A stretch of DNA of 64,000 nt from an uncultured Gammaproteobacteria bacterium (GCA_964512695.1 CAZEJU010000004.1:12656-76655); one strand, 5' to 3'. Positions 30,525 through 40,555 are shown, numbered from the stretch's first letter. The notes: generated by a model from the sequence alone, not told the origin. Program-made: numbers and translations.

Positions 30525-30606
30525 AAATACACCTCCTTTCATCTACCGATGATAAAGAGTCTCTGCTTATAAGTCTCCTATATCTACGGACAGAATAGTC
30601 AAGCAA

Positions 30607-31665
30607 TTATTCAAATAATCGCTGCCATGAAATATATTTTTCTCGTAACTGTTCTTCTGTTATAGCCACTGGATCAAGTTTCATTGTTTCTTCATAAGCA
30701 AGATCAAGAAGTTGCGCTGCCCATAAATCTCTCTGAATAATTCCAGGGGCACCTAGAACGATAGCCATTACTTTTTTTCCTTCTCTTTCTGAAACAACTA
30801 CTGTTGTCTTACCTGCATCGCCTGTGTTACCGATCTTTACACCTGTCGTGGCAGGGTAGACTCCGATTAAACCATTCCAATTAGGTAAATGATACATTCC
30901 ATGAAACGAATCTGGCTGAAGTCTTAAATAGTCTTTTTTTGCTATCTCTGCAAGAAGAGGATAGTTAGCAATCGCGTAGTGAGTTAAAATTGCAAGATCT
31001 TCTACACTACTATAATTATTAGGATCATCGAATCCTTGAGGGTTTGCGAAAGACGTATGCTGTAAACCCAAGCTTTGAGCTTTCTCGTTCATTGCCCGTA
31101 TAAATACTTTTTTTCCATATTTTGCATCGATACCATCCTTTAAAGCACCTGCTGCATCATTTGCTGAAGTCATAAGAGTGGCATGAAGTAGTTCATCAAC
31201 TGTAAATTCTTCACCGATAGGAGCTACTAATTTCGTCGGGACAGCTGCTGCTGCTGATTTCGTCATAGCGAATCGTTCAGAAGGGTCTGCCAGATCTAAG
31301 GCTACTATAGATGTCATAATTTTCGTTAATGATGCGATAGGAAGAGCTTTCGATAAATTTTTTGAAGCGATTATATCTCCTGAATCAAAACTCACTACAA
31401 CATATGCAGACGCTTCTTCGTACTCACCTGTAGCATGTGCCTTGGGAATAAACTCTTGTTTTTTATATAAACGATATGTACTCCCTTTTTCCTGTAACTT
31501 AGGAACGATAGTATCGAAGAAAACATCTGGTTCGGTAGGTAATGGAACAATAAGTTGCGGGGCTTTAATCCCAATAAGATGCAATGATGTAAGAATAAAT
31601 ATCGCGATAAGAGTACTTAAAAAAATCTTCAAACTTTTTATTGGTAGAGCAGGTAAATGTTTCAT
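30607..31665 (-). CDS. D-alanyl-D-alanine carboxypeptidase (peptidase S11)
   Basis: ASLTK, SAN, F.NP.G.D, K-I-G variant of KTG. Confidence 0.9.
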   Translation of the reverse strand: MKHLPALPIKSLKIFLSTLIAIFILTSLHLIGIKAPQLIVPLPTEPDVFFDTIVPKLQEKGSTYRLYKKQEFIPKAHATGEYEEASAYVVVSFDSGDIIASKNLSKALPIASLTKIMTSIVALDLADPSERFAMTKSAAAAVPTKLVAPIGEEFTVDELLHATLMTSANDAAGALKDGIDAKYGKKVFIRAMNEKAQSLGLQHTSFANPQGFDDPNNYSSVEDLAILTHYAIANYPLLAEIAKKDYLRLQPDSFHGMYHLPNWNGLIGVYPATTGVKIGNTGDAGKTTVVVSEREGKKVMAIVLGAPGIIQRDLWAAQLLDLAYEETMKLDPVAITEEQLREKYISWQRLFE

Positions 31666-31668
31666 GGA

Positions 31669-33120
31669 TTAATTAATTTTTTTATTATTCTCTTGCATGT
31701 TTAATGACACTTCTGTTGTAACCCACAAGTCATAATATTCTTCTCCAGCTTTAACTGCTGATGTCGCTTCCCAATCAAGCGGATTCCATTTTCGTAATGC
31801 TCGAATTCTTGGATCTTTTCGTGTGAACGCAAGATTAGCATCATTACTACTAAGTACTGCATATCCAGGTCGAACTACATGAGTTACGTTATCAACATCC
31901 ATCTGGCGATGGTAGAATTCACTACTGAGATAAAGATAAGTAAGGATAGTTCCAGTCCATGGGTTAAAAAGATTAGCAGCTGGTAAACTATTTCCTAATT
32001 TTTTATTTGCTTCCTCGTACCAGCTCATAAAAAGTCTTGCGTTAATAGGCATAAACTGTGGACCTATAGCTCCGCCGCTTCCATCTCCTGAACCCCGAAG
32101 AGATCCAGGAATCTTTTTTACGTGTTTTAGATATGGAAGTCCTGAATCTTTTTCAAGTATACTCGCTATCCAAAGAAGATCATCATGTCCTGAAGGAAAC
32201 CATGAATCAGATAAGTTAAGAGCTTCCCATGCAGTTTCACTACCGATATTTACAAATGCTCTTGTTTTTCCAACTCTAGAGAAATCCCATGCAAACCCGA
32301 GTTTTTCTGCATCTCTAATAATATTTTCCGCTCTCCAACCTGTTTCCATCATCTGTAACTTCGCAATAACAGCTGGATTAGGGATATATTTTTCAATATT
32401 ATTTTCTCTAGCTTTACTTTGGGAAGCTTCGAAGAAAAGTTCTGGTTTTGCTTGTATCAGATGCAATGTACTCCCATAGATATCAGTTGCGATAGCAAGC
32501 ATGCGAGGATCAATATTTTGAGATTCGGCCCAGGCAATTTTTACTTCATCAAGTGGAAAGATATTATAGTTTACTAAAGCCCCTTCTTGACGTAGCTTCC
32601 ACAGATAATCCATTGCCCAAGCCCGCCCAGGTTTTGTAACAACTGCTTGAGAACCAAGTATTATATCTGCTGCTGACGCTTGTTGTTCTTCAAGATATGT
32701 AAGCATAGCCAATTCCTTCACAACTCTTTTTTCTGAATCAGGGAGAAGTCCCATAAAACCATCTGCTTGTTCTTGGATATATCTAGAGAATCGAAGGTTA
32801 TCGGTAAATAATCCTCGAAGGTCTGGAAGTGCAACAGTTTTTCCATTTGTTAAAGTAAGTGTTTTAAGTTCTGTTGTTTTTTGAGGAGTAGTATACCTAG
32901 CAATAAATTCACTAAGCGGAGAGATAAGAGATATTCTTACTGGAGTATAAGAAATACTAATGACAATTAGTAAAGCTGTTGTACTAAGAAAAAAAGTGAT
33001 AACAGACCACGTTTTTTCGAAAGGGGTCATGGTGTGAGGTGTTGTAAGAACTTTATATAGGTAAGTTTTATTTTTATTTTGAGCAGGAATTCCTAACATA
33101 CCAAATAGTGTAATGATCAT
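31669..33120 (-). CDS. Membrane-anchored protein with lytic transglycosylase-like motifs
   Basis: N-terminal TM; MMETG (Glu motif) and GGAIGPQFMP; true start may be downstream. Confidence 0.55.
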   Translation of the reverse strand: MIITLFGMLGIPAQNKNKTYLYKVLTTPHTMTPFEKTWSVITFFLSTTALLIVISISYTPVRISLISPLSEFIARYTTPQKTTELKTLTLTNGKTVALPDLRGLFTDNLRFSRYIQEQADGFMGLLPDSEKRVVKELAMLTYLEEQQASAADIILGSQAVVTKPGRAWAMDYLWKLRQEGALVNYNIFPLDEVKIAWAESQNIDPRMLAIATDIYGSTLHLIQAKPELFFEASQSKARENNIEKYIPNPAVIAKLQMMETGWRAENIIRDAEKLGFAWDFSRVGKTRAFVNIGSETAWEALNLSDSWFPSGHDDLLWIASILEKDSGLPYLKHVKKIPGSLRGSGDGSGGAIGPQFMPINARLFMSWYEEANKKLGNSLPAANLFNPWTGTILTYLYLSSEFYHRQMDVDNVTHVVRPGYAVLSSNDANLAFTRKDPRIRALRKWNPLDWEATSAVKAGEEYYDLWVTTEVSLNMQENNKKIN

Positions 33121-33175
33121 CTAGTTTTATAACTCATCAATATCCTAGAGTATTTAATCGTTACAAGACCGGATT

Positions 33176-33274
33176 GTAAAGGATAGGTAAGAACATGTCA
33201 AGACCTATATTAAAATTACCTTGAAAAATAGTAAGAAATAAGCAAGAAGCTAAAAAAACTTACCAAAAATTTAC
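33176..33274. promoter_or_regulatory. Cluster of 11-bp-period repeat boxes
   Basis: GTAAA/GTAAG/TCAAG at 33176/33187/33198; GTAAG/GCAAG at 33231/33242; CTTAC/TTTAC at 33259/33270. Confidence 0.6.
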
Positions 33275-33299
33275 ACTGGTGCTTTATCTTATAGTTGAG

Positions 33300-33465
33300 T
33301 TAGCAAATAGAAAAGAAGGACAGTAATTGGTTTTCCCGCAAGGGGACTATCTTCTGCGAAGTGTCGCAGTTTTCCGTTTTCATGTAATAGTTACTCAGTC
33401 ATCAGTTTCCCTATTATTATCTGACAGACAGATTGCCGACAACAGACTACTGAGAACTGATAACA
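33300..33465 (+). ncRNA. Candidate small RNA
   Basis: Right-facing repeat box plus TATAGT (33290); no ORF in the track; hairpins TTCCC-GCAA-GGGGA, CTGCGA-AGTG-TCGCAG, ATCAGTT..AACTGAT. Confidence 0.4.
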
Positions 33466-33478
33466 TAAAAATAATGTA

Positions 33479-34789
33479 TTAGTGAGTCAATAAATCTAAT
33501 GCTGCAGCTGCACTCCATGCTTGTCTTTTGCAACTTTCTTCACCGTGATCGTTTCTATATAAACAATATTTTCCACCTTCATCTTTCACATATACCTCTA
33601 TAGGTGACCCAAAATAGTGTATTGGTTTTAACGTTGCCCACTTTAGTAAATCTGCCTCTCTATAATAACCAACATTCAGTAGTCCCTCATGACTCATGCC
33701 GTTAAGCTTCGGCCAAAAACTTCCATTATGATAAGAATTTCGTCCAGGCCTAAACGTCTCCGCTTTCGTACTCATTGTTCGAATACCAGCATCTTTATCA
33801 AACATATCATCCATTAATGCTCGGCGAATAATATCGGATATATACGAATTCCGTACAATAGTCTCTACTTTTTCATCTTTTTTATATGCTGCCCAAAGAA
33901 GCAGAAGTGGATTACCAGTAATTGTTTTTATCTGGTTTTTATGTCCATCTAAGGCTTGTGCCGCATAGTAATGTCGACCTTCTTTAAAAATAAAAAGTCT
34001 ATTAAATTGTTTTTTTAACTGTCTTGCTTGCAAACGAAGCATTCTAGCGAAACGTTTTGAAGTCGATACATGAATTGTACTATCGGTATAAAAATCTGCC
34101 CAAAGTCTTAACGCTAACCAAGCATATCCTTGTACTTCAACTGGAGCGATAGGATAATCAGGTAAGTTACCGTTTATATCCATCATCGATTCAGGAGAGT
34201 CAGTCCAGGACTGAACGGCTAAGCCTCCATGTTCTCTATATGAAGGTAATTCAAACTCCAAAAGAAAGTCTTTATCACGATCACCATATGAAATTATCCA
34301 ATTTAAACCAGCCTCTACAGCTGAAAGTGCTGAAAAAAGAAATTCATCATCACGAGAAATAGACCAGTATCTATATATAGCTATTAAACACAGAGGAGTT
34401 GAGTCTAATGAATCATAGTTACGAAGCACACCATCTGGATAAATATACCAAGGACGAGAATATTGAGTGACTCGTTCGTAATTATCTGGCCTATATTCAT
34501 GAATGAATTTCCCTGGCTCTTCTCCACTTTCTATATTCGTTTTTTTTCCTTGAAGTGTTATCAGGGTCTGCAATCCTCTTTTACAAATCCCTAGAAGCCG
34601 TTGTGTTTCGATATAGTTGTTCGCAGTATTATTCTCACAAACATTAAGAAGCTTTAATATCGTAATAGCACTATCTCTTCCGAAAATGCAACCATATATA
34701 TCTTCTTTACCTGGAGCATTGATTCCTTCTTCTGTCGCTAACTCAAGCACGCAATTATAAATATTTTTCTTTAATATATCTGTATCCAT
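33479..34789 (-). CDS. Amylo-alpha-1,6-glucosidase/glycogen debranching-like glycosidase
   Basis: FGRDS, EEPGK..HE, DSTPL, Q.W.DS, EVQGY, YHNGS.WP, QAWS. Confidence 0.85.
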   Translation of the reverse strand: MDTDILKKNIYNCVLELATEEGINAPGKEDIYGCIFGRDSAITILKLLNVCENNTANNYIETQRLLGICKRGLQTLITLQGKKTNIESGEEPGKFIHEYRPDNYERVTQYSRPWYIYPDGVLRNYDSLDSTPLCLIAIYRYWSISRDDEFLFSALSAVEAGLNWIISYGDRDKDFLLEFELPSYREHGGLAVQSWTDSPESMMDINGNLPDYPIAPVEVQGYAWLALRLWADFYTDSTIHVSTSKRFARMLRLQARQLKKQFNRLFIFKEGRHYYAAQALDGHKNQIKTITGNPLLLLWAAYKKDEKVETIVRNSYISDIIRRALMDDMFDKDAGIRTMSTKAETFRPGRNSYHNGSFWPKLNGMSHEGLLNVGYYREADLLKWATLKPIHYFGSPIEVYVKDEGGKYCLYRNDHGEESCKRQAWSAAAALDLLTH

Positions 34790-34846
34790 GGGCAGTTAAA
34801 ATTTAAAAAAGTAATGTAGTAAATAAAACTGTATCAATAAAAACAT

Positions 34847-34944
34847 GTAAGAGTCAAGCACAACTATGAAGAGTTTAGCTTTAAAAAATGTAAGAAATTT
34901 TTCTTACAAAACAATCCTATAAACTATTGTAAGGAAAAAGCAAG
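34847..34944. promoter_or_regulatory. Repeat boxes in the divergent GDE/response-regulator promoter
   Basis: GTAAG at 34847; palindrome TGTAAGAAA-TT-TTTCTTACA at 34889-34908; GTAAG/GCAAG at 34929/34940. Confidence 0.55.
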
Positions 34945-34996
34945 AAACACGACTATTACATTGTCTTTCTATAAATTGTTGGTATAATATGAACCT

Positions 34997-35668
34997 ATGA
35001 CCCAGTCGATTCTCGTAGTAGAAGATGATAAAGGATTACAAAAATACCTAAAAGAACTTCTCTTAGATAATGGGTTTGCAGTCCAAGTAGCCGGTGACGG
35101 TATTATAGCCCTCGACTATTTACAGAAAACACAACCAGATCTGGTAGTACTCGATCTAGGACTTCCCAACATGTCAGGTGAAACAGTTTGTTTGGAAATA
35201 AGAAAGAAGTATAAAGATCTCCCTGTTATTATTCTCACTGCACGCGATAGTGTTTCTGATATCGTGCAAGGTTTAAACCTCGGTGCAGACGACTATATTA
35301 CGAAACCTTTCGTTGCTGATGAATTCTTAGCTCGTATTAAAGCTCGGTTACGAAGACAAGGCGACGGAGATACAACGTTAAAAGTTGCAGATCTCGAACT
35401 AAATAATAAAACGCTTGAGGTTAAACGTAACGGTAAACTTATTCAGTTAACACCTCAAGAGTTTAAATTACTACAATATTTAATGAATAATAAAGGCCGT
35501 ATATTAACACGTGAGATGATTCTCAATAGGATTTGGTTATATTCGTCTGATGTTGAGACACGAGTTGTAGACGTTTATATGGGATATTTACGAAAAAAAA
35601 TTGACAATGGCCACACAAAAAAGCTTCTCCATTCTATCCGCGGATTCGGATATGTAATTAAAGAATAA
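34997..35668 (+). CDS. OmpR/PhoB-family response regulator
   Basis: Receiver (VEDD, LDLGLP, GADDYITKPF) plus wHTH (VVDVYMGYLRKK..RGFGY). Confidence 0.95.
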   Translation: MTQSILVVEDDKGLQKYLKELLLDNGFAVQVAGDGIIALDYLQKTQPDLVVLDLGLPNMSGETVCLEIRKKYKDLPVIILTARDSVSDIVQGLNLGADDYITKPFVADEFLARIKARLRRQGDGDTTLKVADLELNNKTLEVKRNGKLIQLTPQEFKLLQYLMNNKGRILTREMILNRIWLYSSDVETRVVDVYMGYLRKKIDNGHTKKLLHSIRGFGYVIKE

Positions 35669-35768
35669 TTACTGTAATAAAACTAGCGGAAATCTCAATT
35701 AACTACAGATATATATTAGCAAATTCAGGATCACTTTCTACTTGAGTCCAAGGAGCGTTAATTAAAGC

Positions 35769-36773
35769 TTATTCATTTCCGAAACCTCTAGGAAAAGGAA
35801 TCTGAACATCAGAAAGCCGCTTATTTTTTTTTATGATGTAATCAGCTGGTGACATCCCAAATCGCTCTAGTAACATACCCATTCTATACATGTGAACTGA
35901 TGTCCAAAGCTTAGTATTTACTTGCAGGTCAGAGTAACTATAATCTGGAAGTTTGCGTTTTCCTCTTGCTTGACTTCTGATCTGCTCTTTTTCCCGTATT
36001 GCATGTTTATCGCCGTTAACTTTATGTTGTCTCACTGTTCTTCTATTCCCCCAGCTTCCTGACCAAACATCTCTTCGAGTCGGTGAAACATCGAAGATTA
36101 CACCATGTTGGTTTAACGCTGTTTGTAATTTTTTCATTTCATCTAATGGCTTTTCATCACCCATTTCATGGATAATTTCCCGTAGCTGCATACCTTGTTC
36201 TTGTAGCTCTAGTTCAGGAATAATTCCTATTGCCTTCACCATATAGTTAGGATCATATTTTGCACGTTCACACGCCTTCTCTATGACAGAACCGGTAAAT
36301 GGCCAATAAGGATAACCGAAAAAACCACCTTCTACAATATCCATAGCGGGCTTTCCAGATTGATAGAAACGTTTTTCTAAAACGTCATTTAGTATATCGT
36401 TAGATGTGGCGACTTCATCACATGTAAAACTTCCAATAGGAGAGTTAATTAGACCTGCCTCTCTACCTAACCAATTAGCCATGGGTGTTGAAACTATACC
36501 ATATGATAGTTTTCCTCTTTTTCCCTCATATTTATTCACAATAGGCCTAATATTTTCCCCATATAATTGCTGCCAAAGAAAATTTTTTGTAATTAGTTCC
36601 TTTCCTGCAGAAACCGGACCAAGGATGAATAATGTAAGATGAGCATCAGGTTTCTGAACCATCTCCCTCATTATTTTTTTATGAAATGGTCCTAAACGTA
36701 AAGCGTCATATACAGGAGTCTCTTTCGATAACTGCATTTCAGGTCTTGGAGTAAATGACATTTCATACATCAT
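35769..36773 (-). CDS. Hypothetical protein with a Walker A-like motif
   Basis: LFILGPVSAGKE; 4-nt overlap with the histidine kinase stop. Confidence 0.6.
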   Translation of the reverse strand: MMYEMSFTPRPEMQLSKETPVYDALRLGPFHKKIMREMVQKPDAHLTLFILGPVSAGKELITKNFLWQQLYGENIRPIVNKYEGKRGKLSYGIVSTPMANWLGREAGLINSPIGSFTCDEVATSNDILNDVLEKRFYQSGKPAMDIVEGGFFGYPYWPFTGSVIEKACERAKYDPNYMVKAIGIIPELELQEQGMQLREIIHEMGDEKPLDEMKKLQTALNQHGVIFDVSPTRRDVWSGSWGNRRTVRQHKVNGDKHAIREKEQIRSQARGKRKLPDYSYSDLQVNTKLWTSVHMYRMGMLLERFGMSPADYIIKKNKRLSDVQIPFPRGFGNE

Positions 36774-37927
36774 ATTTTTGAAATAGGCAGTTTAATGTGA
36801 ATAGTAGTCCCTTCTTTCACCTTTGATTTGACTGTAATATCTCCTCTATGCTGACGAATTATATTTTCTACAAAGAGTAAACCAATTCCCATGCCTTCTT
36901 CACCACTTTCTCCTTTATGATGCCCAGCAAAAATATATGGTATGTCTTTTTCGTCAATCCCTCTCCCCTGATCTTTTATAATAATAATAAAGGAATTATT
37001 ACTTTTTGAAATGGCTACATAAACCGCAGTATGCTTTGCGGAGTATTTGAATGCATTATCTAAAATATTGTCGAAGACTTTTACTAGCTTTTCACTATCT
37101 CCTATCACAGAACCCGAATAACCAATATTATTTTTAAAATTTAATTCACGTGAAGGAAATCGTTGTTGCACATCAGTAATTGCTTGTTTTACTAATTCAA
37201 CTATGTTACATTCCTGCCACTTGAATTGTAGTTGACCTGCTCGAATTCTATTGACATCTAATAATTCTCGAACGAGCGTCATAAGTCGTTTATTTTCTTC
37301 GTAGAGAGCAAGTACCCATTTCCCTTCACTTGTTTCGTGTTTTCCTAAGCGACTATAAAGTAGCTGAATATATCCGCTAATAGATGTTATCGGGGTACGA
37401 AGTTCATGCGCGGCCATAGAAATGAAAATATCACGAATCTCTAAAGCTTTTTTCATATCGCTATAGAGCTGAGACTTTTTAATAGCCAGAGTAGCAAGTG
37501 AACCATATAATTTAAGGATTGATAACTCTTGTTGTGTAAATACTTTATTTTCCTTATATGACCTCACTACCAGAGCGCCTATCAACGTCGAGTGGTAGGA
37601 TAATGGAATAAAAATCCATGATTTTACACCTAACGCGACGGATTTGGGGTCATGCGGTTTAATATCGTCCCTTCCTACGACGAAAGCTTTCTGCTCTTTG
37701 TATGCTATATATGCGAAACCCTTATTTCGTGCCTTTACAGCAGCTGCTGCTGGAGAAGATCCATAAACAGTCTTTAACGAATCCCCTTCTTGGAGTAAAA
37801 TAAGTCCTTCATCTGCTTGTACAAGCTTTATGGCTTCTTCAACTATGGTTTCGTAGGTTTCTTGTGTCGTTAACTTATCCAAAAATCGTAGGCTTGCTCG
37901 ATTAATATCTTCCAATATTTTTTCCAT
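36770..37927 (-). CDS. Cytoplasmic GAF-domain sensor histidine kinase
   Basis: GAF-like N-terminus; AAHELRTPIT, NAFKYS, DQGRGI, GMGIGL; no TM. Confidence 0.92.
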   Translation of the reverse strand: MEKILEDINRASLRFLDKLTTQETYETIVEEAIKLVQADEGLILLQEGDSLKTVYGSSPAAAAVKARNKGFAYIAYKEQKAFVVGRDDIKPHDPKSVALGVKSWIFIPLSYHSTLIGALVVRSYKENKVFTQQELSILKLYGSLATLAIKKSQLYSDMKKALEIRDIFISMAAHELRTPITSISGYIQLLYSRLGKHETSEGKWVLALYEENKRLMTLVRELLDVNRIRAGQLQFKWQECNIVELVKQAITDVQQRFPSRELNFKNNIGYSGSVIGDSEKLVKVFDNILDNAFKYSAKHTAVYVAISKSNNSFIIIIKDQGRGIDEKDIPYIFAGHHKGESGEEGMGIGLLFVENIIRQHRGDITVKSKVKEGTTIHIKLPISKI

Positions 37928-37969
37928 GCAGTGTTAATTATCCTATAAAAGTAATAAAATTCAAGTATT

Positions 37970-38006
37970 TTTACGATTTTCTAGGCTATTCTTATCAAAT
38001 TCTTAC
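37970..38006 (+). promoter_or_regulatory. Repeat box upstream of the second Crp gene
   Basis: TTTAC at 37970, CTTAT at 37991, CTTAC at 38002. Confidence 0.5.
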
Positions 38007-38050
38007 CAATTCATTATTCTATTATTATTGATGAAGGGTAAGGTATATGA

Positions 38051-38743
38051 ATGCTACAACAAGACGCGTTAGGGAAATTAGACGTGTTTTTTAACCAGTA
38101 CAGGCCTCTTACCTATAAACAAAGGTCTGTGATCTCATATGGGATAGACTCTGAACTAAGTGTTTTTTATATAAAACATGGTTTCATGAGGGTATTTAGA
38201 CTATCAGAACAAGGCGAAGAACTTACGCTAACTATTTTAAAACCTAAAGACTTTTTCCCTCTCACATACGGGATGACCAATTCATCCTTAAAACAATCGT
38301 ATTACCTGGAGGCTATAACACCATTAGAAATTTGGAAAGTACATTCACAACAATTCCTTACTTTTATCAAATCTGACCCGAATATTTATTTCGAGCTAAC
38401 CCGAAGAGCTATGGTTCGTTTTGATAATGTATTAACGAAAATGGAATATCTTATCTTTTCAAACGCATATACGAAAATAGCAGCAACACTGTTATCATGT
38501 GCAAAGAAATTTGGTGAGGTCTACGGTAATTCAGTTCGTATTCCAGTTCCCTTAACGCATAAAGATATTGCAACACTAGTAGGAATTACACGTGAAACAA
38601 CATCTCTAGAAATGAAAAAGTTAGAAAAAAGAGGGTATCTATCACGAAATGGTAGATTATTTGTTTTAAACAATCTTGAGAAATTAGAAGAAGAAATTAT
38701 TCTACAAACTGGTGGAAAATCTCCTTTATCTCATTCAATTTAA
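38051..38743 (+). CDS. Crp/Fnr-family transcriptional regulator
   Basis: LTHKDIATLVGITRETTS HTH plus cNMP domain. Confidence 0.92.
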   Translation: MLQQDALGKLDVFFNQYRPLTYKQRSVISYGIDSELSVFYIKHGFMRVFRLSEQGEELTLTILKPKDFFPLTYGMTNSSLKQSYYLEAITPLEIWKVHSQQFLTFIKSDPNIYFELTRRAMVRFDNVLTKMEYLIFSNAYTKIAATLLSCAKKFGEVYGNSVRIPVPLTHKDIATLVGITRETTSLEMKKLEKRGYLSRNGRLFVLNNLEKLEEEIILQTGGKSPLSHSI

Positions 38744-38851
38744 TATTTAACTAAAGTAATCAGGTGATTTTCAATTCTAGTTTGAGTTTCATATCCACAA
38801 AAAAGAGCCAAAGACATTTTTTTATTACAATACCTTTGACTCTCCTTTATT

Positions 38852-39109
38852 TTACTCTTCATCACGTTCTTTAATCACTTTATGGGTAGTACCTTCTGCC
38901 TCTTTTATAGCGTTATCTGTACCCTCTGAAGATTTCAATTTTTCTGTAGTTTTCACTGCCCATTTTTTAACCTTTGTTATGGAATCTTTTACTTTCTCCT
39001 GGTTCTTTTTATCGCTCAACGCAACAGCAGCTGCCCCAAATGCTGCGCCGACTGCTAATCCAGCAGCTAAACCTGTTGTCCCTTTTACTTTTCCCGTTGA
39101 ATCTTTCAT
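38852..39109 (-). CDS. YtxH-like small protein
   Basis: GLAAGLAVGAAFGAAAVALS followed by a charged helix; SD-like AAGGTGGTG. Confidence 0.65.
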   Translation of the reverse strand: MKDSTGKVKGTTGLAAGLAVGAAFGAAAVALSDKKNQEKVKDSITKVKKWAVKTTEKLKSSEGTDNAIKEAEGTTHKVIKERDEE

Positions 39110-39198
39110 ATGCTCTTCACCACCTTTCATTTTTTTATGTAATTCAAAAGTTACATTTCGTAACACCTCACGTAACCTTTGAATTACTCTTATACTAC

Positions 39199-39450
39199 TT
39201 ACGCTCTTCGAAATACCCTCGAACCAAACAGAACTACTAAAGATCCTGCAACAGCTACCATAAACGATGTTATATCAAAAGCTGCAATACCAACCCCAAA
39301 CAGCATGTTTGCGAGAAACCCTCCTACCAATGCTCCGGCAACTCCGAGTAGAATTGCACCCAGTACTCCCCCTTCGTTTGGCGCGGGATCTATAGCATTT
39401 GCTACAATGCCGACAATTAAACCAAATAACATCCATGAAATAATATTCAT
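39199..39450 (-). CDS. GlsB/YeaQ/YmgE family stress membrane protein
   Basis: IISWMLFGLIVG.VA..I.P...LLGVAGALVGG; SD AGGAGGTGA. Confidence 0.9.
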   Translation of the reverse strand: MNIISWMLFGLIVGIVANAIDPAPNEGGVLGAILLGVAGALVGGFLANMLFGVGIAAFDITSFMVAVAGSLVVLFGSRVFRRA

Positions 39451-39573
39451 ACTTTTCACCTCCTAAACTTGTAAAATATCACATCTACGATAGAACTAAC
39501 TATACGTTATTAACTCTGTGGTCCTCATGACATCTAGCCTTGAGACTTTCTCATTTAATACTAGAGTTTCTAT

Positions 39574-39611
39574 TTAAGAGAACAACCAATATCAGGTAAG
39601 GAAAGCGCAAG
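39574..39611 (-). promoter_or_regulatory. 11-bp-period repeat box upstream of GlsB/YtxH
   Basis: TTAAG at 39574, GTAAG at 39596, GCAAG at 39607. Confidence 0.55.
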
Positions 39612-39721
39612 AAGTAGAAATGATCATTTAACTAAAAAAATGAGCATCTATCAGATGCTCATTTTTTACCATTAATGATAAAAGATAAAATCGTTCAGCT
39701 GCATAGGGCAGCTGAAAAGTA

Positions 39722-39919
39722 TTATTGACTGGAACGGTTTTGGTGGCGTGCTTTTCCACCTTTTCGTCCTGCTGCTCTTGCTTCTTCTGAAGTCCATTTA
39801 TGAGCAGTCCCTTTTTTGTGAGCAGTTTTACCGCCTTTACTTGCAATCATGCGTTGTTTGTCTTTATTCATTGATGCAAATCCGCGGCCACTTTTTCCTC
39901 CTTGTAATTGATTAGCCAT
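39722..39919 (-). CDS. KGG-repeat general stress protein (YciG/GsiB-like)
   Basis: RGFASM..KQR.IASKGG..AHKWTSEEARAAGRKGG. Confidence 0.92.
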   Translation of the reverse strand: MANQLQGGKSGRGFASMNKDKQRMIASKGGKTAHKKGTAHKWTSEEARAAGRKGGKARHQNRSSQ

Positions 39920-40075
39920 AACTTTCCACCCCCTCTCTTGAGCCTTTAGTTCATAGGAATACTCCACCTTCTTACTCGCACATATCCGTCGAAGATAGTT
40001 ATAAACTATACCCCTTACCCGGATACTATGGATTTAGATGCAACTAGTATTCATTCGATAATATACATCTCAACG

Positions 40076-40113
40076 TTAAGAGTTAGAAAAATAACTCGTA
40101 AGGATTAAGAAAG
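40076..40113 (-). promoter_or_regulatory. 11-bp-period repeat box upstream of the KGG gene
   Basis: TTAAG at 40076, GTAAG at 40098, GAAAG at 40109; same geometry as the 39574 box. Confidence 0.5.
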
Positions 40114-40198
40114 AAACAGAGCTTTTATTAAAATCTCTTATAGAAGTTTACAGATTGTAATAGATGAAAATAGAAAAGTAAACTGAAAAAAATAAAAA

Positions 40199-40555
40199 CT
40201 ATACAGTGTTTAGGATAACTTCTCCCTCTACGACTGAATGGGCATATGTCTCAAGTATCTTCATGTTTTTCGAGTTTGCTCGATACACCACATCAGCTAA
40301 ATCACCCAGAAAGGGAAATAAACCTATGAGAAAATCTAAAATAACGTTTCTCACCATCTCGACAATTTTCTCTTGAGGTATTTTCATCTTTATACCTATC
40401 CAAACAAGGTATAATGAAAAACCAAGTGTAAAGATATCACCAAAACCGGGAATTGCTCCGATAAGGGGATCAAACCCGAATTTAAACTTACCAATACCGA
40501 ATTTATTTTCTAACAAATCGGTAATAAATCTAGCCATTTTTAAATGTTTTTCCAT
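40199..40555 (-). CDS. DUF4112 membrane protein
   Basis: FGFDPLIGAIPGFGD..D..IG.FP.LGDLAD..AN..N; start reassigned to MEKHL. Confidence 0.88.
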   Translation of the reverse strand: MEKHLKMARFITDLLENKFGIGKFKFGFDPLIGAIPGFGDIFTLGFSLYLVWIGIKMKIPQEKIVEMVRNVILDFLIGLFPFLGDLADVVYRANSKNMKILETYAHSVVEGEVILNTV

